Shown piece by piece: positions 29,694-38,869 of a DNA stretch of 64,000 nucleotides. A program made the position numbers and the translations under genes. This DNA is from a virus (taxonomy: Duplodnaviria; Caudoviricetes). The stretch lies in the IMG/VR virus record IMGVR_UViG_2551306228_000004, positions 55,192 to 119,191 of that record. One strand, written 5' to 3'. Below the pieces are notes generated by a model. The model saw only the letters and a program-made list of their open reading frames with translations, was not told the origin of the DNA and ran no database searches. Within the stretch, counting starts at the first letter, position 1. Each line of letters opens with the position of its first letter.

Positions 29694-30064
29694 CTGGTTG
29701 ACATCCCTTGGTTCAACATATTCATCAAGACAGGGGCTACTTCCTGCACTGGAAATTCTTCCATCTCCATATAAAAATCCACAAATGGTTTCACTCGTGG
29801 ATTGGCTGACTTCGCAAAAACCCAAAAGATTCGATGGAAAAATGTCATATCGAAATCAGACAGAATAGAAACATCAATATGATGGGCCTGTAATTCCTCT
29901 CCATCTTCTAACTGGTCAAGTTTTGCCAAGATTGCTTGACTATTGACCATCGAGAATAAGTCTTGGAAATAGTCCTTACCAAACTGCTCTTTATAAGCAA
30001 TTGGTGTGTAGGCATTGGTTGCTAACTCGTAGGTCGTGCCTGCTATGGTAATACTTTCTCTCAT
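29645..30064 (-). CDS. Tail assembly chaperone (gpG-like)
   Basis: 139 aa between major tail and tape measure genes. Confidence 0.85.
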   Translation of the reverse strand: MRESITIAGTTYELATNAYTPIAYKEQFGKDYFQDLFSMVNSQAILAKLDQLEDGEELQAHHIDVSILSDFDMTFFHRIFWVFAKSANPRVKPFVDFYMEMEEFPVQEVAPVLMNMLNQGMSTRKKQMKQKQRVKKSSQ

Positions 30065-30075
30065 TGCCTTCTCCC

Positions 30076-30645
30076 TTACTTACGAGGCTCAAAAACTGCC
30101 TTGAACCAGTTTTCACGAATCTCATCGCTCGTTTCCTCTGTTGTTCGTCGACGTACAACCTTATCAAGTGGGCGAGGACTGGCAGTAAAGGTCAACTCTA
30201 CCTCATTGATATCTGAACCAGACTTGGTTTTTGAACCAACAGTCGGACGAGATGCGTAACAATAATACAAAACGTGTAAGGTTTCTTTTTTATCCCCTTC
30301 AAAACGGAACATCAACGCAAAATTTTTCTTTTCGCTGTTTGCGATCTCTGAAATGGTGTTTGTCGTCGCATCCAACTGTTCTCCAAGGACTCGTGTCAAA
30401 AATTCCTGCGTTAGAAGGGCAACTTTTAGTGTTCCCTCATAGCCATCATTTGACTCTGTTGTATAAAAATTGATATTGTCTGCCTTATAAGAACCCTTAT
30501 CTCCTGTTGGTTCAAGGGTTAATTCTGCAGCACCACGAAGTCGTTCTACATTGCCGTATGTCAACGTACCATCAGAACCTTCGCTTGTAACTTCTGCCCA
30601 ATGGACATCTTGTAGTCCAAAGGTGACCTTATTCTTTTCAGCCAT
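30076..30645 (-). CDS. Major tail protein (phi13 family)
   Basis: KNKVTFGLQDVHWA...YKADNINFY...FALMFRF. Confidence 0.88.
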   Translation of the reverse strand: MAEKNKVTFGLQDVHWAEVTSEGSDGTLTYGNVERLRGAAELTLEPTGDKGSYKADNINFYTTESNDGYEGTLKVALLTQEFLTRVLGEQLDATTNTISEIANSEKKNFALMFRFEGDKKETLHVLYYCYASRPTVGSKTKSGSDINEVELTFTASPRPLDKVVRRRTTEETSDEIRENWFKAVFEPRK

Positions 30646-30646
30646 A

Positions 30647-30973
30647 TTATCCTCCATGTAATGTGATGTAATAGGTTATTTGGTAGAGTTTCTCTGATGA
30701 GATATAGGTCTCTACTTTTTCAAAATAAATAAGGTGGCTGTCAAATAATGACTCCACCTTTTGTTCAGTTGCTAAATCTTTCTTAGTGGTATAGAGTTCC
30801 ACTAGCAGGTTATTCTGCTTATGATAGGTCCAATTGTCTGCACCATGATTTTCTGAATCAGTCACCAAATAAACCAGATACGGTGGTCTTGGACGACTCC
30901 CTTCTTCAAAATGATGGTAAGCGAGGGGGAGCTGTAATTCTTTGAGAATGGAGTACATTTCGCTCAGTAACAT
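30647..30973 (-). CDS. Tail terminator / completion protein
   Basis: AYHHFEEG..PPYLVY...ELYTTKKD; synteny. Confidence 0.75.
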   Translation of the reverse strand: MLLSEMYSILKELQLPLAYHHFEEGSRPRPPYLVYLVTDSENHGADNWTYHKQNNLLVELYTTKKDLATEQKVESLFDSHLIYFEKVETYISSEKLYQITYYITLHGG

Positions 30974-30979
30974 GTCATA

Positions 30980-31348
30980 TCACACTCGCTTTCTCAGCTT
31001 TTCTTCTAAGGATTGTATTGCTTGTTTCTCTACAGGTGCGATATGCTTAATTCCCTCAACTCGCCCACCAGAGCTTTTGGCATGACCATTTTCTAACAGA
31101 TGCGTCAGGCCTGGTGTTCGATTATGAATAGTCTTGGTTAGACCTGTACTGGTATCAATCGTTGCTTTACTCTTCCACCCTTTGGCATAGGAACCACTCT
31201 TTCTAGGTGACGTTGCTTTCAAGGTTACGATGGATTCCTCGGTGACTTCCTCTACAACTTCACGCATCACCTCTGTTGTATCCTCTACAAATTCCGCCAG
31301 CTCATTTGCGATGGCAGTTTCTAGTGCATCTAGTTCAATTCTAGTCAT
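30980..31348 (-). CDS. HK97 gp10-like neck protein
   Basis: SP..SG.YAKGW, LTHLLENGHA. Confidence 0.85.
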   Translation of the reverse strand: MTRIELDALETAIANELAEFVEDTTEVMREVVEEVTEESIVTLKATSPRKSGSYAKGWKSKATIDTSTGLTKTIHNRTPGLTHLLENGHAKSSGGRVEGIKHIAPVEKQAIQSLEEKLRKRV

Positions 31349-31679
31349 AACTCTCCTCCCTAATGGCGACGATGTAAATCAGTTGACGTGGCACTGTATC
31401 TCCATCAATAGACTCAATCTCATAGGTTTGACCACGAAATTGAATGTGAGTCGTTAAGGAATGAAGTCCAAGAATTGCCTTTTCATACCTGAGGGTGAAC
31501 TGGACTTTCTCTTGTTCCAGTTTCGTCACACTCCCATCCCTTTCAGTCAAGGTGAGAGGACGACAAGAGCACCACCGGTCAAATAAAGGTATCCATGTCG
31601 AAGTTTCATTGCCAATCTCATCTTGAACAATCTGTCGAACATGAAACACCAAGCGTTCCCTCAAAGGTGCAATCTTCAT
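31341..31679 (-). CDS. Head closure (head-tail adaptor) protein
   Basis: LRERLVF...QDEIGN...FTLRY...YEIESID. Confidence 0.85.
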   Translation of the reverse strand: MKIAPLRERLVFHVRQIVQDEIGNETSTWIPLFDRWCSCRPLTLTERDGSVTKLEQEKVQFTLRYEKAILGLHSLTTHIQFRGQTYEIESIDGDTVPRQLIYIVAIREESYD

Positions 31680-31936
31680 CAGAACACATCCTTTCGTTCG
31701 GCCAACAACAAGTGATAAAGTGTTTCTTTCAACTCCTTATGATTTGCATCCTCTCTGTGTTCATAAAGATAGGCAACCCCGTATAGGATTGCCGTCTTTA
31801 GAACTTCTGAATAAGTCGATTGACGCAAAATATCTTCACAGAGTTGTTTACTGGTTTCAAGCAACTGCTCAATCAGTCCATCCTCATCATCGTATTCCAC
31901 TTTGAGATACTGTTTTGCTTCTGCTAAACTAACCAT
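31679..31936 (-). CDS. Head-tail connector (gp6-like)
   Basis: SLAEAKQYLKVEYDDED...YLYEHRE. Confidence 0.88.
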   Translation of the reverse strand: MVSLAEAKQYLKVEYDDEDGLIEQLLETSKQLCEDILRQSTYSEVLKTAILYGVAYLYEHREDANHKELKETLYHLLLAERKDVF

Positions 31937-31938
31937 GA

Positions 31939-33144
31939 CTATTTAGCCTTTACTGTTAGTGTCTTCACAGCTTCAGGTAGGACTAACTTGCCATCAACAC
32001 GTTGTGAAGCAAGAAAGCCAATCTGTCCATTATTGGCATAGAGTTCGTTCAGACGTTTGAAGGTACGTCCCTGACGGTCTGCAATCCAATAATATGAGAA
32101 ATCACCAAATGCAATGGCCTTGTTTCCTGCTTCAGGAAGTGGGGCAAAAGTTGATGTATAGTATGGACGATTTAGAATCAAATCTGGTTGTCCAGCTTGA
32201 GTGGATGGTTGCCAAATGTAATTACCGTTGTTATCCTTGAGTTTACGGATAGCTTTGACAGTCGTATCATGTAAAATCCAAACTGCATTCTTACGATAGG
32301 GTGCTGGTAAAGAATGATACAGTTCAATCATGTCATCAAAAGTAATATCCTTTGTAGCAGTCGTTGGACCTGTAACTTCTGCCTGAGTAAAGATACCTGT
32401 CGGCTTCTTAGAACCATCGCCAATCAAGAATGCCTTTTCTTCTTCTGTTCCAATACGACGAGCAAATTCAGCTGTCATATAGGATTCAAGGTCAAAGACT
32501 GAATCGTTTAGCAACTCTTCTGAAATGCGAATGGCAGTACCAATCTTATGAGAGTCGAGTGTCACCTGACCAAAGGTTTCTTCTGTTTCTGGGTATAAAC
32601 CATTTTCATCCATCCACGAGGCTGATCCATGCCCAGTCACAACAGGAATCTTTCGCTCACCACTAGATGTTTTGATAACAGTCGCAAGGCTACGGAAGAA
32701 ATTCTCTTCTTGTAAGCCTTGAACTAGTTTCTTCTCATACTCATCAGGAACCAGATGTCCACCTTCGGTATCTTCCCCAACTCGAAGGACGTCTTTGACA
32801 TCAAAGAAGTGACGCTTACGAACACTTGTCCAAAAAGTCTTGGCATAGCTATCTGAAGCCACACCCTTCTTTTCCTCTTCAGTAGTCTTGTCATTCAGAA
32901 CTGTAGTGGGTTGCCCAATTAAAGCCTGTGAGGCTGGTTGAGCAAGTTCAAGGTCAATCTTTTCTTGTCGCTCCAATCGAGCAATCTCTTGATTGTAGAG
33001 GTTGATTTTTGCTTCCATATCATCATAGCGTTTGGAATCTTCCTCAGATACAAGTCCATCTTCTGTTCGAACAGAATCAAGGAAGGTTTTTGCTTGTTGC
33101 CAAGCTTGGTTACGTTTTTCTTTCAATTCAAGTAATGTAGACAT
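31939..33144 (-). CDS. Major capsid protein (HK97 fold)
   Basis: N-terminal coiled-coil delta domain, EGGHLVP, LKDNNGNYIWQP, FGDFSYY. Confidence 0.93.
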   Translation of the reverse strand: MSTLLELKEKRNQAWQQAKTFLDSVRTEDGLVSEEDSKRYDDMEAKINLYNQEIARLERQEKIDLELAQPASQALIGQPTTVLNDKTTEEEKKGVASDSYAKTFWTSVRKRHFFDVKDVLRVGEDTEGGHLVPDEYEKKLVQGLQEENFFRSLATVIKTSSGERKIPVVTGHGSASWMDENGLYPETEETFGQVTLDSHKIGTAIRISEELLNDSVFDLESYMTAEFARRIGTEEEKAFLIGDGSKKPTGIFTQAEVTGPTTATKDITFDDMIELYHSLPAPYRKNAVWILHDTTVKAIRKLKDNNGNYIWQPSTQAGQPDLILNRPYYTSTFAPLPEAGNKAIAFGDFSYYWIADRQGRTFKRLNELYANNGQIGFLASQRVDGKLVLPEAVKTLTVKAK

Positions 33145-33162
33145 CAGTTCATTTTCCTTTCG

Positions 33163-33858
33163 TTATTTGAGCAAATTCAATCGTTTTTCCAACTGATTGA
33201 TCGGGATTGTTTTCTTTGGTTGTTGGACTCCAAGTTTCGCCTGCATTTTGACAAGTAAATCTTGTTGGACAGCAGTTCGACTGAAAGAATAACTCTCAGT
33301 CTCCATTCCATGTTCCTCTTGTTTGTCAAAGAGAATCTTGTCTGCAAAGCCCAGTTCAACAGCCTTTTTGGCATTGAACCAAGACTCTGAGTCCATGAGG
33401 TGTGATAGCTTGGTTCTTGAAAGTCCTGTTCTTAGTTCATAGGCATTGATGATGGATTCCTTGATTTCGCCCAACATTTCAATGACCTTCTGCATATCCT
33501 TGGCTTCACCTTGTGCCACAGTCCAAGGGTTGTGAATCATCATCATGGCAACCGGACTCATAGAAACCGTTGTACCTGCCATGGCAATGACACTAGCAGC
33601 ACTTGCGGCTAATCCATCAATCACTACATGGACATCACCTTTGTAATCCATCAGCATGTTATAGATTTGAGCAGCCGCAAAAACATCACCCCCTGGACTG
33701 TTTATCCAGAGGGTGATGTCTCCACTACCTGCATGTAAATCATTTTTAAATACTTGTGGCGTGACTTCATCGCCAAACCACGTCTCATCAGCAATCTGTC
33801 CTTCAATACGAAGTGTTCGACCACTATCATCTTCTGTAAAATTCCAAAACTTATGCAT
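33163..33858 (-). CDS. ClpP-like prohead protease
   Basis: INSPGGDV, AASAASVI, MIHNPW. Confidence 0.92.
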   Translation of the reverse strand: MHKFWNFTEDDSGRTLRIEGQIADETWFGDEVTPQVFKNDLHAGSGDITLWINSPGGDVFAAAQIYNMLMDYKGDVHVVIDGLAASAASVIAMAGTTVSMSPVAMMMIHNPWTVAQGEAKDMQKVIEMLGEIKESIINAYELRTGLSRTKLSHLMDSESWFNAKKAVELGFADKILFDKQEEHGMETESYSFSRTAVQQDLLVKMQAKLGVQQPKKTIPINQLEKRLNLLK

Positions 33859-35134
33859 CTATATCCTCCTCAGCTTGAGTTTCTTGTTCTACTGGTCCTT
33901 GTTTCATAAAGCCACCCGCATCCTTCAGTTTCGTCATGTTTCCGTTTATCAAGTAGAGATTACCTCCTTCCTCATCTGAAAGGAGGTTCAAGTCCTCAAG
34001 TTCACGAATATCATTCGTCGACAGCCAGCCATTTTGTCTCCCAATCGCATAGCCATTCATTCGACTCTGATAGTCTCCACGAAGAAGACCATCTACATTG
34101 AACTTCACAAAATAGGTTTTCTTTTCTTCAGGTAAAAAAAGAGACCTCTTGAAAGCCTGTTCGAGACGAACTACCCAAGGGTCTAAGGTATATTTAACAA
34201 ATTCTAGGGATTGTTGCTCAATGTTTGAAAATGAGGATTTCTCCAAGTCGCCAACCATATGAGGTGGAATGCGGTAGAGCCTTGCAATTTCATTGATTTG
34301 GAATTTTCTAGTTTGGAGAAACTGGGCTTCTTCTGGTGGAATGCCTACTTGAGTGTATTTCATCCCTTCCTCAAGAACTGCCACTTTATGGGCATTGGTT
34401 ACCCCATTGTAGACTGCATTCCATGAATCTCTCACTCGTTTGGGATCTTTGAGAATACCTGGGTGTTCCAAAACGCCACCCGGATTCGCTCCATTTTTAA
34501 AGAATGATGCCCCATAGTTTTCCGTAGCCAAGGTCATGCCGATAGCATTTTTTGCAAGAGCAATTGGAGAATAACCTATCAAGCCATCAAAACCAAGACC
34601 AGGTACATGAAGAACATCTTCTGCTCTCAAGATAGCAACTCCCTTTTCCTTAAAGTTAGGATTTTCTTCTGACTGACGCTTGTATTTGTAATAGAGCTTA
34701 CCACTCTCGTCTCGATGAACAGACATCTTATCTGGTAAGAGCGGGTAAAGACTGATAACTTGTCCACTCCTATCTCGGATAATCTGGACATAGGCATTGC
34801 CCCATATCAATAGATGGGTCATCAAGGTTTCTCTAAAGACAAAGGATGACATCTCAGGGTTAGGTTCATCATGTAAAAGAAAATAAAGGGGATGATCCAC
34901 CTTTTTCTCCTTTCCAGTTGCCGTTCTCTCATAAACATGAATGGGTAGTGAAGCTACTGCTTCAGCTAAGATACGGACACAAGCATAAACAGCTGTCGTC
35001 TGCATAGCTTTAAACTCATCTACGTTCTCCCCACTGGTCGTTCGTCCAAACAGATATGAGAAGTCCTGACCTTCATAACTATTTCGTGGTTTATCTCTAG
35101 AACGCTTACGTCCCAGTAAATCTAGTAGTCCCAT
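33851..35134 (-). CDS. Portal protein (HK97 family)
   Basis: VYACVRILAE, PNPEMS, GNAY, FSNIEQQ; start re-assigned to ATG 35134. Confidence 0.93.
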   Translation of the reverse strand: MGLLDLLGRKRSRDKPRNSYEGQDFSYLFGRTTSGENVDEFKAMQTTAVYACVRILAEAVASLPIHVYERTATGKEKKVDHPLYFLLHDEPNPEMSSFVFRETLMTHLLIWGNAYVQIIRDRSGQVISLYPLLPDKMSVHRDESGKLYYKYKRQSEENPNFKEKGVAILRAEDVLHVPGLGFDGLIGYSPIALAKNAIGMTLATENYGASFFKNGANPGGVLEHPGILKDPKRVRDSWNAVYNGVTNAHKVAVLEEGMKYTQVGIPPEEAQFLQTRKFQINEIARLYRIPPHMVGDLEKSSFSNIEQQSLEFVKYTLDPWVVRLEQAFKRSLFLPEEKKTYFVKFNVDGLLRGDYQSRMNGYAIGRQNGWLSTNDIRELEDLNLLSDEEGGNLYLINGNMTKLKDAGGFMKQGPVEQETQAEEDIDA

Positions 35135-35274
35135 ACTTCCTCCTTTTGAGTACGAAAAAAGCACCTCGATTGAAGTGCTTATCGTTTGTTCTTAGATGTT
35201 TTTCATCTCTCCTTCTTCAAATAGATACCATATTCTATCACTTTCTTGAAGTTATATCCTCAATAAGAAAAGTT

Positions 35275-35646
35275 TTAATGATTCCGTATGTATTCTAAAA
35301 TTGCATCATAATCTAATTCTGATGAAGCTACTCCAAGTCCTAGCTTCACTACTTCATCATCAGTCTGATTTAACACAATGCCATTTAATTCTAGAAAAAT
35401 AATCATGACAAACACTCCAATTCGCTTGTTCCCATCAAGGAAGGCATGATTATTAACTAGCGAATAACAAAGTCTAGCAGCCTTTTCTTCAATACTTGGA
35501 TACTTCTCAACACCAAAATAAGTACTAAAAGCTGAAGATAGTGAAGATTCTATTAAACCAACATCCCTAACACCATCTAACCCCCCAGTAGCTTGAATTA
35601 ACCTAGTGTGTAATTCAATAACCTGTTCAACAGTTAATACTTTCAT
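35275..35646 (-). CDS. doc: Doc-family toxin
   Basis: HAFLDGNKR Doc-type Fic motif. Confidence 0.88.
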   Translation of the reverse strand: MKVLTVEQVIELHTRLIQATGGLDGVRDVGLIESSLSSAFSTYFGVEKYPSIEEKAARLCYSLVNNHAFLDGNKRIGVFVMIIFLELNGIVLNQTDDEVVKLGLGVASSELDYDAILEYIRNH

Positions 35647-35900
35647 TTTGCCAATTCCTTAAATGCATCAAGATGGCGTGATAAAACCGAAGTCGCAACT
35701 TCATCCAAAGTTGATTGTTCAACAACCGTAGGGGTTGCCTGTTCCTCTTTAATTAGACTCTGATAGTCCACTAATACATACTTTGGTGTGTTATTTTTCA
35801 ATATTACTGCAGTACCATTCGTATCGACCATACGAGCTACCTTAGAAAAGTTTTGATTTGCTTCAGAAATAGAGACTAAGTTTTCAATATTGATTTGCAT
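35643..35900 (-). CDS. phd: Phd/YefM antitoxin
   Basis: SISEANQNFSKV...VILKNNTPKYVL; ATGA overlap with doc. Confidence 0.88.
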   Translation of the reverse strand: MQINIENLVSISEANQNFSKVARMVDTNGTAVILKNNTPKYVLVDYQSLIKEEQATPTVVEQSTLDEVATSVLSRHLDAFKELAK

Positions 35901-35935
35901 TGTAATATCCTCCTTTTCTCTATTCTACCACTTTT

Positions 35936-35973
35936 TAGGATATATTCAACCTATTTAGGTTATTTTCATCCTA
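35936..35973. promoter_or_regulatory. Tandem palindromic operator of phd-doc
   Basis: TAGGATATATTCAACCTA and TAGGTTATTTTCATCCTA upstream of an extended -10 TGGTAGAAT. Confidence 0.6.
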
Positions 35974-37563
35974 AAAACTCAAAATACCACGTTCATCATA
36001 GACACTCCCTTCATCAGTTTGATGACGAATACAACGGTCCAGTCCCATTATGAGTGCTACAATACCGTCAATTTTCTCGACTGACTTTTCCTTATCTGGC
36101 TTGATATTGCCAGCGGGGTCTTGTCTCATGACTACGTTTTGTCCCATCCATTTCAGAACTGGATGCCCACCATGTTGAATCTTGCCTTCCATCATAAGTT
36201 TATAGAGTTCCTTAGATGGTGGACTCATATCCTTGTATCCCTGACCAAAAGGCACCATGGTCAAGCCCATCCCTTCTAGATTCTGAACCATCTGAGTCGC
36301 ATTCCAACGGTCATAGGCTATCTCCTTGATATGATAGATTTCCGATAAGTCTTCTATAAATTTTTCGATAAAACCATAGTGAACAACATTTCCCTCCGTA
36401 GTTTTGATGTAGCCCTGACGCTCCCAAACATCATACAGAACATGGTCACGTCGACATCTCAGTTCCAGTGTATCCTCAGGTAGCCAAAAGTATGGCAGTA
36501 CGATATAATTTTCCTCTTCAAATCTAGGAGGAAATACCAAGACAAAAGCTGTTATATCGGACGTACTAGACAGGTCTAGCCCTGCATAGCAACTACGACC
36601 CTTGAGGCTTTCATATTGAATAGGATCATTTCCCTTGGCATAAACATGTTCTGGAATCCAAGCAACACTTGAACTTGTCCACATATTTAGACGGAGCTGC
36701 TTAAAGACATTCTCTTCTGCTGGGTTATCAAGTGCCTGTTGGTAGGCTTCTCTTACACGATCAATCCCAATTGTATGCCCTAGTGAAGGGTTGGCTCTTC
36801 TCCAGTTTGCTTCATCATTCCAATCATCTTCATCGGATAATCCATAAACCACAGGATAGAATGACGTGTCCTTCTTTCTACCATTCAAAATATCCAATGC
36901 TTTAGTATGCAATTCATAACAGATGGAGTTCCTATCCGTTCCAGCTGTCGTGATAATAAAAAAGAGGGGTTGTTCCCTTGCATCTCCTGACCCTTTGGTC
37001 AATACATCATACAAATGGCGATTTGGCTGAGCATGGATTTCATCAAAGACCAAGCCAGATACGTTCAGTCCATGTTTTGTCCCAGTTTCTGCTGAAAGAA
37101 CTTGGTAAAACCCAGCGTTAGAATAATTTACAATACGCTTAGTAGCACCCATTATCTTAGAACGCTTTTCCAAGGGGCGACTCATCTGCACCATCTGCTT
37201 GGCTACATCAAATACGATTGACGCTTGGTTTCGGTCACAAGCCGCACCATAAACTTCTGCACTGGCTTCATTATCAGCATAAAGCAGATAAAGAGCGATA
37301 GCTGCTGCTAGCTCAGACTTGCCATTCTTCTTTGGAATTTCTATATAGGCTGTTAGGAATTGACGGTTGCCATCCTCCTTGACAATTCCAAATAGGTCAC
37401 GGACAATCTGTTCCTGCCACGGCAACAAATCAAATCGCTTTCCTGCCCACTTGCCTTTGGTGTGGGAGAGGTTATTGATAAATGTAACTGCCCTATCAGC
37501 CTTTGCCTTATCATAGTGTGAGGAGGGAAGCATGAATGGACTTGGTTCATAATGATAACTCAT
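35971..37563 (-). CDS. Terminase large subunit
   Basis: IPKKNGKSE, VFDEIHA, GLDLSSTSD, KIDGIVA. Confidence 0.95.
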   Translation of the reverse strand: MSYHYEPSPFMLPSSHYDKAKADRAVTFINNLSHTKGKWAGKRFDLLPWQEQIVRDLFGIVKEDGNRQFLTAYIEIPKKNGKSELAAAIALYLLYADNEASAEVYGAACDRNQASIVFDVAKQMVQMSRPLEKRSKIMGATKRIVNYSNAGFYQVLSAETGTKHGLNVSGLVFDEIHAQPNRHLYDVLTKGSGDAREQPLFFIITTAGTDRNSICYELHTKALDILNGRKKDTSFYPVVYGLSDEDDWNDEANWRRANPSLGHTIGIDRVREAYQQALDNPAEENVFKQLRLNMWTSSSVAWIPEHVYAKGNDPIQYESLKGRSCYAGLDLSSTSDITAFVLVFPPRFEEENYIVLPYFWLPEDTLELRCRRDHVLYDVWERQGYIKTTEGNVVHYGFIEKFIEDLSEIYHIKEIAYDRWNATQMVQNLEGMGLTMVPFGQGYKDMSPPSKELYKLMMEGKIQHGGHPVLKWMGQNVVMRQDPAGNIKPDKEKSVEKIDGIVALIMGLDRCIRHQTDEGSVYDERGILSF

Positions 37564-38033
37564 AAAATTCCTCCTAACAAATCTTCCATTTCATCACCAG
37601 TACCAACTTCTGAATCCATCGTAGCTAATCGGTTTCGTGCCGAAGGTGTCAAACCAAACTGTTCACAGAACTTAAGCATGATTTTGAGGTTAGTCTGGCT
37701 GATAGAGACTTGAGGGACTTGTTGGAGATAGCCATTCGGGGTTTTGATAATGGAGCCATGCTTGGTAAGGAACTCTTCTGCCTCTTTCCAGCGAGCGTAA
37801 GCTTGACAATAACCTGCAAATGCAGTCATGTCCATTTCGGTCAAAATTCCCATCTGTTCGAGAATTTTTCCCATCCGTTTCCACTCCTTCTTTGCATCAT
37901 CTTCAAGCCACTGTGGGCAACGTGGGGCTTTTTGTTTTGGTTTGACTTCATTCGTAGGGAGTGGTCGCTTACCAGGATTTCCCTCAAGTATTTTCATATT
38001 CGTAGGCTTTGGTTTTCGCCCCCTGATTGCCAC
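37560..38033 (-). CDS. Terminase small subunit (P27 family)
   Basis: RGRKPKPT...GNPGKR...FGLTPSAR. Confidence 0.92.
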   Translation of the reverse strand: MAIRGRKPKPTNMKILEGNPGKRPLPTNEVKPKQKAPRCPQWLEDDAKKEWKRMGKILEQMGILTEMDMTAFAGYCQAYARWKEAEEFLTKHGSIIKTPNGYLQQVPQVSISQTNLKIMLKFCEQFGLTPSARNRLATMDSEVGTGDEMEDLLGGIL

Positions 38034-38081
38034 AATCTCACCTCCTTTAGAGTAAAAAAAGAACTCAATTCGAGCTCCTTC

Positions 38082-38312
38082 CTAAAGTTCATTAAAGTTA
38101 TCAAGAACAGCCTGACAAACTGTTCTATCAATATCGTCCATGTTATCTATTTCATTCCCATATCTATATTGGTAGATATATTCACCATCACGTTTTATTG
38201 TCAGAATTCTAATCCAAGCACCGTCTATATTTCTCGGGTCTGTTGTATCTTCACGGAGAAATTCACAAACGTAATGCCTATCACCAACCGTTCGAGTCAT
38301 TATTTCCCACAT
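38082..38312 (-). CDS. Small acidic hypothetical protein
   Basis: 76 aa, third gene of small operon. Confidence 0.7.
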   Translation of the reverse strand: MWEIMTRTVGDRHYVCEFLREDTTDPRNIDGAWIRILTIKRDGEYIYQYRYGNEIDNMDDIDRTVCQAVLDNFNEL

Positions 38313-38313
38313 C

Positions 38314-38526
38314 TTACTTTACCTTTTCCACGATATCTATTCCATATAAAACATTCAGGCAACTGCCATTTTCCCACTTAACTAAGAGTGAGCCAATGTC
38401 ATCCACTCCAATAACTGTACCAAGTGTTCCTTTAGGAACTGGATGTGGATCATCCATTTTTACTAATCTAACCTTTGTACCAACCGGATAGATTGTCTTT
38501 AGGTTATTGAAAATTTTTGTGTCCAT
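38314..38526 (-). CDS. DUF4314-like protein
   Basis: YPVGTKVRLVKMDD...GTVIGVDDIG..VKWENGS.L. Confidence 0.8.
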   Translation of the reverse strand: MDTKIFNNLKTIYPVGTKVRLVKMDDPHPVPKGTLGTVIGVDDIGSLLVKWENGSCLNVLYGIDIVEKVK

Positions 38527-38527
38527 G

Positions 38528-38776
38528 TTATTCTCCAAACATATCGAATGCCCACTTGACAGCGTGACCAAGATCCGTAACAATTATTGATTCCTTGTAT
38601 ATGCGATTAAGTCGGCATTCAAATAGTTCAAATTCTTCAAGGCTATCAATGATTTCGTAAATCTCAACTACTGTATCTTTGTTTCCTTTGGATGCAACGA
38701 TAACCCATTCCTTGTAAGGAATGATACTTGCAGTTGTTGGGTAGGTTTCATAGAGTTTTTCAAGTGTTGTTGTCAT
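38528..38776 (-). CDS. Small acidic hypothetical protein
   Basis: GAGGAG RBS, start 38776 (MTTTLEKLY), 82 aa. Confidence 0.7.
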   Translation of the reverse strand: MTTTLEKLYETYPTTASIIPYKEWVIVASKGNKDTVVEIYEIIDSLEEFELFECRLNRIYKESIIVTDLGHAVKWAFDMFGE

Positions 38777-38842
38777 GGTTTTGTTCTCCTCTTCTTTTGT
38801 TGTGTACATATTAACTCTAAAGGAGACTTATATCCAGTCATT
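38771..38842 (-). repeat. ~72-bp promoter/RBS leader, copy 1
   Basis: Near-identical to 44169-44240. Confidence 0.85.
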
Positions 38843-38869
38843 TATAGATTATTTTGAAGGTATTTTCGA

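Noticed and set aside
37710-38381. 223-aa plus-strand ORF
   Set aside because: Antisense to terS and two small genes; no motif
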